Below are positions 1-14,099 of a stretch of DNA of 64,000 bases, piece after piece. Source of the stretch: Octopus sinensis (Eukaryota); the NCBI RefSeq assembly GCF_006345805.1, contig NC_043008.1, positions 49,538,001-49,602,000 on the forward strand, in the 5' to 3' direction. The position numbers and the translations under genes are program-made. Within the stretch, counting starts at the first letter, position 1. Every line of letters starts with the position of its first letter. A model generated the notes under the pieces. It searched no databases, was not told the origin of the DNA, and saw only the letters and a list, made by a program, of their open reading frames with translations.

Positions 1-269
1 TATGATGAGAGAGTCAGGTTGAAATAGGAGGTGAATATCAACCTCACAATGAAGACACAATCTCCAAACTGCAGTTTTCACCATGCTGGGTCTCTTGGTG
101 ATATTGTAGATTCATAAAGTGTGCTGCAAATACGTCCATTATGTTGTCAATAGCAAGACAATCCACGTGATAGATTCACATTAAATATCAGCTAGACTTG
201 CTGTCATGACAAGCCAATGTGGAAGAATGGCATCAAGAAGCTAGGAAACACTTTGGATAAATCCATAGA

Positions 270-305
<36 letters not shown>

Positions 306-3237
306 CTTTAACGTGCCAGTTACGTGGTACTGGCAACGACTTTGCTCAAATCTTTTACAGGTGCCAGTAAGGCAATGCTGGTAACGATCACGCTCGAATG
401 GTGTCTTTTACGTGCCACCGGCACGGAGGCCTGATAGCCACTCTGGCAACGATCACGCTCGGATGGTGCTCTTAATACCCTACTAAGAGCACCATTTTCA
501 AAATAAACTGCAACAAATGCAGTGCATTTCAAGAGAAATGTCATAATGAAAGAGTTAATGTGAAATGAGGGGCAGCAGGAGACGATATATCACAGGGGAG
601 ATAGGATTTTTAACAAGATTTTACCAAACAGTAAATCTATAACTTAGCTACAGTAAGAAGCTGGGGTTAGATTATAAAGTAAACAAATAGTGCTTTCCAG
701 CAAGCAACTTATAGGTCATTGGGAAGAACAATTCAATCAAGGGTGAGAATTTGTATAAATAATAATGTATTTTATCACAACAGTTGAACTTTTGGTTTAT
801 AGCCTACAGAATCTAGAATAATTTAAATGAGCCAAAAAGTAGAAACAGCAAAAGAAAAATGGACTTATTCCACATCATACATAGGCTAGACTTACTCTCA
901 CTAATCAGACCCCAGTAACTTATCGATATTAATGTTTTTATTAGTTTTCACACAACTGAGACTTCACACCTACTTTTCGGATTGTTATAGAATGTGAATG
1001 CCAAGCTCCTCCTTTACAAGTCTTCTACAATCCTAAATTTTGTTGCATTGTCTATTCCTCTACACCATTCCATCAACCTCACTCTATTGATATTCCCCTC
1101 AAATCAAACCTTCAAGATCCATCAACACAAACAGTCACTGCTTTATGACAAGACTGTACAGCCACTATGTAGACCAATGAATAAAGCTTGATGTATGGAC
1201 AAACAAAATCTTGATGGTTACCATGACAATGCACCTATTCACACATCATTCCTTTTAGCAACACTTAAGGTCGCTCTCATCCTTCAACCACCTGACTATC
1301 AAAATTTGATCCCTGCAAGGGGCTTTTTTTTTGTGCGTGTTTCCAAAGTTGAAGTCTACCCTGAAATGTCACTGATTTCAGACATTAGAAGACATTGAAG
1401 AAAACCCACCACATGAACTGTGCTCAACCCCTGAAAACAGGTTTCAAAACAGGAAAAAATACTGAGAATGGTCTATCAACAATAGAGGGAGCTGTTTCAG
1501 TTGAGGCAAGTCTAATTAAATTCTAAGGGAAGAAAGAAATTTTTGCTTGTGAAAAGCTTTGCTTAAAACACACCTTGTACATGAATTTTATCTTACTCCA
1601 TAAGTGTTTAAACCCAACAGTGCCAAGCCAAAATATAAACCAAAACATTCATTCTAAGGAATAACTTCCAATAAATAATAACTAAATAAATTTTAAGAGT
1701 TTTTACAATCAAGGAAAAAAGTTTCCATGTCATTATGAATGCACAAGCCAATATTTTGTCATCTTAAGCATTTAGCTATTAACACACAGACACAAAATAC
1801 AAGAGAAACCATTACAGTCTGGCAATGAACCAACTTTGTCAGAATGGAATAATTCTAAGAAAACAAAACGATGCCAAAAGTTGTATTTATACTACAAGTC
1901 ACAGTGTATGTTAACATGTAATGCCACCAACCCACATATCAAAATGTTCACATTTAAAGTAAAATCTGATATGAATATTTCAGAAGGGAAATTTCCATCA
2001 TAGCTCAAAAACCAATTAATAAGTACACAAATCTACAGCTATTTTTAATTAAACCTTTGTACATTTGAAACTATTTCTAAAATTTTCTGAAATTGTGAAT
2101 TCTTCTCAGAAAAGTGGTCACAAAAAGTTTAAATAAAAGTCATTCAGAAAATTTTACATGTAATAAATAATATTTTTAATTTCTTTTTCTGACTCTTGAA
2201 TCTAAAATAGCTTTTAATAATCAACGAAAATTAGAAATCTCACTAATTTTCAGAAAACCATTATCTTAAATACAAACGTTAATTTAATAATGAAAATGAC
2301 TGCACCTAGTTAAGGAAAGTGTTTTATCAGAGGAAAGCTTTAAGTTACACAGTCTAATGAATAGTCATATGAATAAATATAACTGAGAATAAGAGATAAA
2401 ATTTTTCAAGTTGTGTTGTAATAAGATACATATGTTTAAAGTAGCTTATCTAAAAATGTTCAGGTCTTTATGAAACAGAAAGGAAAATCTTACAATGGAA
2501 GTATGGAGGAAGACACATCGCCTGCAGTTTTTAGTCTAATTGATATATATATATATATAAAACAGCAGAAATATCATTTTTGTCTATAGCCAACTAGTGA
2601 AGTTTGCTTCCAACCACATGGATTCAGGATCAGTCTAACTAAGTGGCAGCTTGGGGAAATGTCATCCACTATAGCCCCAGGCCAAACAAAGCCTTGTAAG
2701 TGGATTTGGTAGAGAAAAACTACAAACCCACTCCAGTGTGTGTGTGAGATCCCATTTCCCTTGTCTTCACAGGTTCATTGGATGTAAACAATGGCCCCAC
2801 TGACAGCGTCATTTGTTTCCAGTTCTTGGTGAAAACATGTCCAGGCTGCTACTTGTTCAAGAGAGAGATTATTACCTCATTTAGAAACAGGTGTTGGTTG
2901 GCACCAGGAAAGGCATCCAGCTGTAAAAAAACTGCCCAATGCACTCATCTGATCCGTACAAGCATGGGAAAAAATAGACATTAAAACAATCTTTCCACAC
3001 TACATAAATACATTAAACAATAAAAACCAGTTTTGTTACTATTTGGAATTTAAGGCAGCAACCGTGTATATATATATATATAGGTGGGGGAATAGTTTGT
3101 CTAAACAAAGACGATATCAAACTAAGGAGTCACAGCCATAAACCAAAGGCAGATACTGAATTAGTGTCGGTTGGAATCGAAAAAGCACCCATTCCAGGTT
3201 TACTAGAATATGGCAACATTATACAGGTTTGCTTTAA

Positions 3238-3670
3238 CCCTTTAGCATTCAGATCACTCTGTCAAATGTGATGCTTATTTATTCACATACTTTGAATTTA
3301 TCATGCATTATCTCATAGCTTTGAGATTTTGATGTGATTATTTTTAGAACAACATTGTAGGGCAGGTATGGGAGGAGGGATCTGGCCACTTTGAATATAA
3401 AACAGGTAGAATATTTGGGCTGGATATGGATGATTTAAATGCTAAAGGGTTGACCCTTTTGTTACTGTTTATCTGCTGGAAGACATAACCTTCGTTTTAA
3501 TTCATTCTTTCAAAATAATGAATTCAGTAAAATAACTCATTATTAAGCAGATGTTTGGAACCTAAATCTACAAGAAATGTCGATAGGTTTTAAATTAGAT
3601 CACCTTAGGACAGGAAGCTTGTATCATAGAAAGCAGAGACAGTCTGAGGTGGGGGGTGATGTTGAAAGGC
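3238..3670. mobile_element. Two abutting TTAA-flanked (piggyBac-like) MITEs, 3238-3449 and 3454-3670; related copies 4113-4319 and ~28412-28767
   Basis: TTAA-CCCTTTAGCATT...AATGCTAAAGGG-TTGA-CCCTTTTG...AAAGGC-TTAA. Confidence 0.7.
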
Positions 3671-6600
3671 TTAAATCTAAACGCTCCTTCTTTAACAACT
3701 ATGAGAATTGAGTTTGACAGGAACATTAAAAATGGAGAAAACTAACAAACTGGTTTGATTTAGCTTAAAATTTTTACTGACTGAAAAAAATATTCCTAAC
3801 AATGATTGAGAGAATATAATAGAATATCTGACTCACTGTCTTGCTCACCAATTGGGTCAACTTGTATGTAATACTATCAGATTGTCATCAATAAGTACAG
3901 TAATATGTATTGATGTTAGGTTAATTTCCCATACCAAATTCAATTGGCCGTGTATCCCAGAGAGTAATCTTATTTTAACACAGGACAATCTTTGATACCG
4001 ATGGCAAGATGAAGCAATCCTAGTCAAGGCTTTAAAGTGATTGATGGTAGTAAAGCAATGCTACAATCATGAAAAACTACAATTCAAAAGTACTAATCAA
4101 TCTTTCAATTAACCCTTTAGTATTCACATTTAGTATTCAAATTTCATACTTATTAATTTGCATTGGTTTTGAATTAATCATGCATTATCTTGTAACTTTG
4201 AAATTTCAATGATATAATAGTATATTTTTAGAAATATACATTGAGGCCAGGATCTGACAGTTTGAACATTAAACATGTAGACTATTTTGGCCAGATATGG
4301 TCACTTTAAACACTGAGAGTTAAATACAAAATTCGTTTTAAAAAAGATATAAGTTAGATAAATGCACTAGGTTAATCATCATCATCTGTCTGCTCTCCAT
4401 GCAGTCATAGATGGAAAAGCTGCCGTGATTGGGAGTCAGTATACATTTGGAGGTTCTGCTAATGTTGATGACAAAAGGCTGTATCCTCATTTATAGGTAC
4501 CAAACACTTCACAGAATGTACTGGATGCATATTTTCATGGCACCAGAAATGTTATTTCTCAAAGAGACTACAGATGTCTGTCCTGATTGCTTTTGTGCAC
4601 CTAAAACAACCAGATGTGCAAGGAGGGGTAGAATGTGGTCTAAGAGCAAAATGAAAAATGATATCTGATGACTGGAAAAATGAATTTTCTATCTATGTCA
4701 AAGTAAAGACAGACAGCACATACACACAGCCAAACACAATGGACTACTTTGCAAGTGGAACTTATAAACAGACAAAGAAATGGAAACCATGATGTGTGTG
4801 TGTGTGTCCTCATGTGATGCAATTTAAGCAAAAACAGCTATAAAAAGGAGCCCCCTTGCTTCAGGGGACAGAAAGAGCCTAATCATCATCACTTAAACAT
4901 TTGCCTGCCATGCTGGCATGGGTTGACAGGAGCTGGCCTGGAAGGAGCCTGCACCAGTCTTTGCCGTCTGATTTGGCACGGGTTGTACAGCTGGATGCCC
5001 TTCCTAACACCAACCACCCAGCAAAGTGGACCGAGTGCTTTTTACATGGCACAAGCACAGGCGAGGTCAGTTTTGGCAAGAATGCCCTTCAAAAGTGTGG
5101 ACTGGATGCTTTTTACGTAGCATCAGCATAATCTTGTTGAAGAAGAACTGCCTCAGTCACTCTCCCCAACTCATACCATCATGGAAAAGAGTATGTAAAA
5201 ACGAAATGATGATGATACTACTGATTGACTTCAGGCAGGGATGACAACATTACCAAATTTATGGACCAGTTTATTAGGGTTTAGATATAATTTAAATAAA
5301 GGATTGTACCCTGCTATTGTGAGTTGGACTTCAAACAACATACAGTTCCCAATTCACTCCCATTTTGCTTCTGAACATCTATCTCCACAATTCCTGCAAA
5401 TATTTAAATTTGCAGAAACAGCAAACCCTTTTTAAGCGTAAACATACATATAAAAAGGGTTAAAGAAAAAAAAAGGAACTTAAAAAAATACTACAATTTT
5501 CAAATTTCCAGAGTTAAAGAGAGTGAATTGGCAGAGTTGTTAGAACATCAGACAGAAGGCTTCACAGTATTTGTCCAACTCTCTGCATTCTGAGTTCAAA
5601 TCCTGCCAAGGTCAACTTTACTTTTCATTCTTTTGGGGTTGATAAAGAATTAAGAGAAAGGCAAAGGATTGGTGAGACTGTAAGAATGTCAGGTTTGATG
5701 GATGCCTTGCAGTGTTTGTTCTGAGTTCAAGCCCAGGTATAACCTAGTTGGGTGGTAGACTCCCCACCACCTGGCACATTGGAGGCTTCTAACAGAGTCC
5801 ACTCTGTTAGAAGCATTCAAAGCCAGGTTTCCAGACCGAGGAAACCTTCCTCCACCCCTCCCACCAATCTCGGAGGCCCTGTAATGTATCAGGGTTACTA
5901 CATTCCTTCCAGACTGAAAAGATAGATAAAAAAATGTTCAGTACAGCAATTTTACAAGATCAAACCTCATTTATATAAGTGATCAATGAATATTTATTTG
6001 AACAAGGAGATCTAGCTGGAGAGAAACACGTGATCAAAGAAGGCAAGGTTCCAACAATAAAGGGACTCGTCTTAAACCAAATTTAATCCAGAATTGTCTC
6101 TTATGAAGATTGAAAACATGGCCTGAATTGAGCTGAGAAATAGGAATTTTAAAACAATTATTTGTTACAATCTCCTTAAAACTGATTTAAGGAAAAAAAT
6201 GTCAGTTCAACAACCGACCACTGGTTATAGTTCTTCAGCCCAAGGTCAGCTCTGATCGAAGATATACCAGCCGTGACCATCCCGCCATTTTAAGGTTATG
6301 TAGAACAACATTATCTATGTCTATTGTTTTCCAAAGGCGGCAGGGTGTGACTTGAGGTAAATTTGACTACCATTTCAAGCAAGCCAAGCATTAATGTTTT
6401 CAGCACGTGACTAACGTTTTCAACGACAGACATTAAGCGTTGATTTGGTATTTGTTCCGAGCCTCTGCGCTCCGATTTCAAATCCCGCCCAGACCATCTT
6501 TATCTTTCGATCCTCCGGGGTTGATAAAGTACCGGTCAAATACCGAGATCGGTTCCCGTCTTCGCTTTCTCTCACTGAATCGTCTTGTGTGAAGGGGCCA

Positions 6601-7481
6601 AAATGAAACGTTTCACATCGTAGCACTCGCCACCACACCAATCGATACTTTCACCACCACCATGGCCATAAGAAATAGCACAGCTATTTACTTATGCTAG
6701 CCTCAGATGTAGCTATCTTATCAAGAACAGAAATTTTGCTATCTTTTTTAGCGACAATTAGTTCTAATTTTATTACAGAAACAAGCCAAGAGCCGAAACA
6801 ATAAAACAATGTTTTTCATAACAAAAATATTTCATTGTGAGAAACACATTTCCTATGTCTCTCACAATGTTACGGTTGCATTTTTTTTCTTCTTTATTTT
6901 AAAATCGGGGATCGAAAGTTAATACGTCATTTATTTATATTTGTGGCTAGCGGAAATCCACTTAACATCATTACCACCACCGCCTTAATTCGACAAATGA
7001 TTGTCCATAATAATCGAGAAACATCACCAACATTCAATTTTCCCCAGACCCTAAAAATATGGGTTTCTTTATGTCCAGTCGAATGAAATAATAATTTAAA
7101 CCCACGAAACCCGTTCTTAGTACAGCAATATTTTAAAAACCGCATTCTATGTTCTATATTGATGATAATCTCTTACTATTAACAGCAATGCAATTTTTAA
7201 TTCATTCGTCCAGTTCGACTTCACCTTACTAATCATATATATATGTATATGTATGTATATATAAAATTTATAATTTGTCTGAATCTGAGATGAAAGTAAT
7301 AATTTAATTTTGAGGTTTTCAATTCTGGGATTAAATAAGTAATTTTTTAAAAAAATAAGTGTGAAATATTGTCTTTAAACTGCTTTCCTGTATTTTGCAC
7401 GAAATATTTAAACGCTGAGAGACAAAATATAAACAGAAAACTGAATAAACGGTTTAAGAAGGAAGAGACAACCAAAAGCAG

Positions 7482-7657
7482 TGTGTGTGAGTGTATATAT
7501 ACATATATGTGTGTGTGTGTGTATATATACATATATGTGTGTGTGTGTATATATATACATGTGTGTGTATATATACATATATATCTGTGTGTATATATAT
7601 ATATGTTAGTATTGGGGGTGATGTACATATATTTAATATATATATATATACATACAC

Positions 7658-7720
<63 letters not shown>

Positions 7721-7753
7721 CACACATACATACATACATATATATATATATAT
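7482..7753. repeat. Compound (TG)n/(TA)n microsatellite; similar tracts ~16847-16991, 54950-55040, 55410-55510, 62370-62498, 63255-63388
   Basis: Directly visible; source of the spurious HTHT/YIYI/CVCV ORFs. Confidence 0.95.
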
Positions 7754-7983
7754 GCATGCCTGGCCGCTTCGCCAGCGGGGTGGCTTCATTTCAAAGCCAC
7801 AATGCATGGAAGCACATTGTGATCAGGAATGTATAACATCCGATAGTCTGCTCAATAGTAATAGAAATATATTTTACACAATATATAAATATATTTTACA
7901 CATTATATATATATGTATGTATATACACAACATTGAAAGGAAATAGTTGAAATACCGGGGTTAAAAAAAAAACCACTGAGGTG

Positions 7984-8016
<33 letters not shown>

Positions 8017-8070
8017 GGAGCAAGGGTTGAATAATAAGGGTTGCAGGGTAAGAAGGGACGTTGCGCGTAC

Positions 8071-8223
8071 CTGAGGTTGTTTCTGAGTGTCGGCATGGGG
8101 TCCGGTGCTGTCGACTGAAGAAGTATTATTGGTGTTGTCTTCTCGGACGGTGGAAGAAGACTCCACCCGACTCATCCCGGCGGCGGCACTCGACACAGCC
8201 GTCCCTCCTGTTTCAGACGACAT
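8071..8223 (-). CDS. First coding exon (51 codons, phase 0) of an unidentified gene that continues leftwards
   Basis: aaagATG at 8223 opens MSSETGGTAVSSAAAG...DTQKQPQ and ends exactly at a CAG|GTACGC donor after 153 nt; GC/CpG-rich relative to flanks; no recognisable domain and no downstream exon identified in 1-8070. Confidence 0.7.
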
Positions 8224-8329
8224 CTTTGATGGGGCTGTGCGTGCCTTATGTACAAGGGGAGGGGAAATAAATTAAAGCAGTGCCCGTTCGTATGTTTTTT
8301 CTTCCAAAGCTTCGCCGTCCAATCGACCA

Positions 8330-8540
8330 CCATCAACTTTCCACAACAATCGAATATTTGACGCCTTTTTCACTCTTCCTTACCAATATGGCGCCTACTA
8401 ACGTGCACGGATGACATCGTCGTTTTCTCCACCAATCGCTGCGTCGCCTGGTATTCGGTGCCGAACTACTATGAATTTAAAGGCGCACTTCGTGTGTTGC
8501 TGAGTTTAGTTGTCGGTAGGGGGCGCAACTTAATGCGCTG
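8330..8540. promoter_or_regulatory. CpG-rich promoter region of the minus-strand gene at 8223
   Basis: CpG-dense; YY1-like AATATGGCGCC (~8385), CRE-like ATGACATC (~8411), CCAAT (~8432), CTCF-like TAGGGGGCGC (~8517). Confidence 0.5.
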
Positions 8541-10587
8541 AAAATTATGGGAAAAAAAAACAAAGGAAAAAGAAACCAACAAATAAAACAAACAAAGCAC
8601 TTTGTGAAAAAAAGACAAAGCTTTGGGGCCACTTGTTAATTTTTCTTTTTATTTAATTAGTTATCTGATCGTTAATTTTATTTTTAATTAAACAATTTAT
8701 AATTTTGCATTTTGTAACTGACAAAAATCAGGCTACGTTAATTTTACTTTAATTCAAAAAGCTTTCGTGAATTTCTAAAATCAAAAATTATTGTTCCAGT
8801 TTTTCTTCGCTTTTTATGCCGCGTATTTTAAAACTTGAGAGAAGTGCGTGTATTTTATTGAAGGGTTTGGGAATATACGAGCGAATGTAATTGATGAAGG
8901 GAAAAGGCCCTAAATTTAATTATAACTTTAATGGCTGGAAGAATAGTTCGAAATCTATATAAGTCCTAAAAAATTAAAAATAATAGCTTCTGGTTTACGT
9001 ACAAGGACAGCAAATGAAGGAAGTGGATCGACCCCGGAGGGATAAAAGTAGAAGTTAATCTAGGCGGGAATTGAACTGAAAAACGTTAAGAGCCGGAAGA
9101 AATGCCGCAAATCATTTCGTCCGACGCTCCTGGCAGTTCGCCGCTTAAGGAAAGGATTAATCAATTATATCGATTTCAGTATTTGACTTCATTTTATCGA
9201 CTCCGAAAAGTAAAGTCAATTTCAGTGGAATTTGAAACCAGAACGTAAAGCCTGAAGATCACTCAGCATTCTGTCCGGCGTGCTAACAATTCTGCCGGCG
9301 CGCATAATGATACACATAACTCCTTATAGCTGTTTTATTGTTTGGAATTTTCAGAAAAATTTTGCGAATCTATGTTCTTCACACGAGGATTCGTCAGATT
9401 ATGCAAAAATATTTTTAAAATTCACCTTCCCCATAAATCCTAAAGTTTCCACTCTTTCTCGAATTTAAAAAAAAAATCATAGTTCTGAAATACCGACAAT
9501 CCGAATCTGCTATTTGTTTCCGTTTATAATTTCAAAATAATTTTCAGACGAAAAGGCGTTTGATTTAAGGACAATTTAGCTGTTGTTTTTAGCACATCCC
9601 ACGACCACCTAGTACTTTCTTCGTTTCCTTGTCACTCTGTAATGTATTGATGCTTTTCAATATTTTCCTTCCCATTTAATGGAATGGTAATGCGTCCCAG
9701 GGTAGTCCATTGCTAGGATTTAAGTTTAAATTCTTACCCCCTATCCCCACCCCGCACCATGCAAGTGTGTGTGTATGTGTAAGGAACAAAAGACATTTAC
9801 TAACTGAAGAGTATGCTATTAAAATAAATTATCTTTTACATCTTGTAATCACATGACTGACCAGGCTATCAGATGTTACACATCGCTGGTCACAATGCGC
9901 TTTTGCATTGTTTTAGCCTTGGAATGGCACCACCCGCTGGCTAGGCGAGAGCAGGGCAACATTCACCCCTGACAGAAAGGGAGACAGAAGCAACGTGAAA
10001 TGAAGTGTTTTGCTCAAGAACACAACGCGTACCCAGACTGGAAATTGAACCTACAATCTAGCGATCGTGAGGGCAACAAACTCACCATTAATCATGGTCA
10101 CATGATATCTTTTACATACCTTTTAAGAATCATCATCATCACCCTTTAACATCCGTTTTCCATGCTGGGATTCATCCATTTAATGGAATGGTAAAGCGCC
10201 CCAGGGTAGTCCAATGCTAGGATTTAAGTAAAAAAAAAAAGCAATTTAAATTCCTTCCCCCACTCCCACCCGACACCATGCAAGTGTGTGTGTGTGTATG
10301 TGTAAAGATAAATTCCAGCACTGATCTCAGGCTTTCAAATGCCTGTCTGGTCAATACAAGTTGAATCTTAGCATCTCTAAAGATTTATGGGGGAGGTACA
10401 CACCAGGATCGGGTGTCAAGCGATGATGGGGGACAAATACAAACACACAAATATATACATATATATATGTGTGTGTGTGTGTATATATATACATAAAGTT
10501 AATCCAAACAAGAAAGCACAAAAAAACACAACAACGCGAGGATGTGGAACAAATATAGTATTATTGGACGCTCAGGAAAGAAGGAGG

Positions 10588-10622
10588 GTTTAACGTTTCG
10601 AGCGGAGCTCTTCATCGGAAAC
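10588..10622 (-). ncRNA. Minimal type-I hammerhead motif (U4C variant) in a repeat (~10495-10692) nested in a SINE microsatellite
   Basis: gttt-CCGATGA-a-gagc tcc gctc-GAAA-cg-TT-aaac; loopless palindromic stem III ACGT. Confidence 0.6.
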
Positions 10623-10945
10623 ATAGAAGGAAAGATCCAGAGAAGGGAAGACAGAGGAAAAAAAATCGCCAACGGTACACACGAGGTCACATTGTATATA
10701 TATACATACAAACATACATACATATACACACACACACATATATATATATATGTATATATATATGATGGGCTTCTTTTCAGTTTCCATCTACCAAATGCAA
10801 TCACAGAGCTTTGGTCAACTCAAGGCTATAGTAGAAAACACTTGCCCAATGTGCCATGTAGTGGGACTGAACCAGGAACTATGTGGTTGGGAAGCAAGCT
10901 TCTTACCACACAGCCATGCCTGCACCTATAAAACAACATCACTGC

Positions 10946-11017
10946 CTCCATAGCATGGAATCGAACCCCGGTCTCCCGCGTGACAGGTGGGGATACTTAC
11001 CACTATATTACTGAGGA
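10946..11017 (-). pseudogene. tRNA-Asp(GTC) pseudogene
   Basis: Minus strand TCCTCAGTAATATAGTGGTAAGTATCCCCACCTGTCACGCGGGAGACCGGGGTTCGATTCCATGCTATGGAG is 72 nt and colinear with metazoan tRNA-Asp, anticodon GTC; acceptor, anticodon and T stems all carry mismatches. Confidence 0.85.
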
Positions 11018-11639
11018 CCGGCTGGAAGGCGGACATTAAACGATGATGATGATGATGTAATATGAAATAAATGGTGTTTGTACACCAAAACATATATAGC
11101 TTTTATTTGACTTCTCTTTTCCTCAATTAAAATTCTTGTTCTTTACTCTGTGAGGATTATAACATACCGATTTGATATGCAAAATTGCTTGTTTGTTTGT
11201 TTGTTAAGCGAAGCAGGCTTCGTCCCATTAGTGGGAGAAGTCCAAAACGTGGTCCTTTGCTATTCATAAGACCTGCAGAAGAGAAAGTAGGTCAACCCCT
11301 GACACCGAGAGCATCGACGGATGGATGAATGCGCATCCAGGCTCAGTGGTTGCATAGGAAGTTGGGGACAAGAAACAGGAAGAAAGAGTGAGAGAAATTT
11401 GGAGTGAAAGAGTACAACAGGGGTCGCCACCATCACCCCCTGCCGGAGCCTCATGGAGCTTTAGGTGTTTACGTTCAATAAACACACACAACGCCCGGTC
11501 TGGGAATCGAAACCGCGATCCTCCAACTGCGAGTCCGCTGCCCTAACCATTGAGTCAGTGCGCCTCCACTTGAAAGTGCTGCTGAAATGAGCGCCTTAAT
11601 TTCATTAATCTCAATTATGTATGTATGTATGTATGTAGT

Positions 11640-11951
11640 CATAAGACGAGACAGATGAGTGACAACCTGGCCACTGGTGGTGGTGTAACACGCCATATTA
11701 ATCATATCTGTCGGGCATGTGGAAGAGAGTGTAATTCGGCAGGAGGACTTAAACGACATGCAAAGGTACATGAAGCCCAGTTACAACTACAGCCGGCTAT
11801 TACCAGTAAAGGTCTTAGTTGCCAATTCTGTACAAGACATTGTAGATCTTTAGCTGGGCTAAAAAGTCACATTCAATCACAGCACCAGTAACAGTTAAAC
11901 TTCGTGCAATGGCCATACTCGATAACGAGGGGGCAGCCATAAATGTATGTA
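11640..11951 (+). mobile_element. 3' end of a second LINE family encoding two C2H2 zinc fingers
   Basis: CRACGRECNSAGGLKRHAKVH and CQFCTRHCRSLAGLKSHIQSQH*, short UTR, ATGTATGTA tail, located in an (ATGT)n tract. Confidence 0.6.
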
Positions 11952-14099
11952 GCTACAGAAACAAACAAGTTGAGAAATGTCAGCGGTGAAAGGTAAAACA
12001 ACAGAAATGCAGAGCACCGAGCCATCCTCTTGGTATGCAAGTTCTGTGACAGAAGATGAGCTTCAATCATAGGAGGATTCAGCCGTGAAAGGAGCTGCAA
12101 GAAAAGGAGCCCCTGATATGTTTGATTAAGTGACCTCTAAGCTAAATTGATCGTCTGCATAGATGAAAAGGGCCAGTTATTATTAATTATTATGTATGTG
12201 TGTGTGTGTGTATGCATGTACATACGTACACACACATATACACATCTATATATATATGTATGTTGTGTGTGTATGTTAACTTTTAGCTAATCATTACATT
12301 AAGGCAAGCTTGTGATATACACACACACACACAAGTATATTGCACACACATGTATACCATGCACATGCACACACACAAACATACACAGCTGATATAGTTT
12401 TGTGATTCAGTAATAACTATTCTAAAATATCTTTTTAATGATGAAAAAGAGACAAGTTGAATTCTAAGACTTTGAGTTAAAGAGCTGTGATGCTTTCTTC
12501 AACTGTACCATATTTAGGAGACAGAAAAAACAAGCTATAAAATAAGAATAACTAAACGAATGAGTACAATGGAAATAACTGGTCATTGTGATGCAATTGA
12601 AGCTCTTTCTTTCTCTCTCTCCTTCTCTTTCTCTCATGCATACAGACAGTCCCATACACCGCCCCCACACACACACACATGTTCAGCCACTAATTGGTGA
12701 TTGATTTCCCATCACTAGTGCTACTCCTTCTTACTAACAAAGACCATTTTCAGTGACCTACTTTACTTAGCTGTAAAGAAGTCACACATACAGATACAAT
12801 TCACTGTAGAAGACAACAAATCCATTGAGTGCTTCATTCGCTACAAATTAGCTTAAAAAGCTGAACTCAAAGACTGTAACACGACATTGTTGATGCTATA
12901 TACAAACTTGTCTCATTTTTGAATTATAATAATAATAATAATAATGAAATTATTGTATCAGTGCTCAGGTGCACCACAACAGAATTAGATAAAACCTAAA
13001 ATGTAAAACTACTAGATGAATGACATAAGGGACTTCCAGATTGGAGTTGGTGAGTTCAGTTCCAGGTCAGGCATTTTGCATTGTCTCTGAGCAAGGCAAA
13101 AGTATTTATATACCCCGGTCCATTAAATAGATAACAGAGCTTCAGCAAAAGTTGGTAGCATGAAGGCACATGGCTTAGTGATTAGGACAGGTGGCTCATG
13201 GTCGTAAGGTTGTGAGTTCAATTGCCAATGGTGTGTTATGTTCTTGAGCAAGACACTTTACTTCACGTTGCTCTAATCCACTCAGCTGCCAAAAATCAGT
13301 AGTACCTGTATTTCAAAGGGCCAGCCTTGTCACATTCTGTGTCAGGCTGAATCTCCCTGAGAACTATGTTAAGGGTATGTTTGTGGAGTGTTCAACCAGA
13401 TGCCCATTAATTTCATGAGAAGGCTTGTTCCATTGATCGGATCAACTAGAACCCTTGTCGTTGTAACTGATGGCGTGCCAGGAAGAGTTAGTAGCAATAA
13501 CATGAGTGAGACTTCATTTTAATCCATATAATGCTGTATTTACGAACATGGTTATGAATCTCCTTGGTCTGAGGTTTATGAATGGATTAACTGTAACATA
13601 ACCAGTAAGTCTACTCCTTTCTGTATTGTTGATTGACCTGCTATAAATAGCAGCCAAATCTCCCACAGATCACACCCTACTGCCTTCAAGATGAAAGGCA
13701 CATCAGGTTAGAAATAAGACTGGATGGTATCTTTTAGAAGACTTTTATTTCTAGATCCTCTTGATTAATGACTAAGGAATTTATTTACAGATCTTCTTGA
13801 TTAATGACTAAAGAACCACAGTGATAATAACTGACTCTGCTTTCTTACAAGAGAAATTATTGAAAGTAAGAATTACAAAATTTAGAGGGGAATATTGGAT
13901 ATTTATTCTGGAGGAATGGAAGATAAAAACGATACTGGGAGTAGTCAAACATGGAATAAGGAAGGTTTGTATAGATAATAATTTTGTGATCTACAAACTA
14001 GGAATTCAAACTTTATCATATGTTGTGGTATTAACTAAAAGACATAAACAGTTTTAGTTTCTAGTTTGGACATAAAACTTTAATACAGAATGCTAGATG

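Noticed and set aside
7347-7946. Long overlapping ORFs rich in HT/YI/CV (also ~16740-17080, 54855-55380, 62314-62694, 63143-63550)
   Set aside because: Translations of dinucleotide microsatellites
10946-11017. Functional tRNA-Asp
   Set aside because: Mismatches in acceptor, anticodon and T stems; no oligo-T terminator directly downstream
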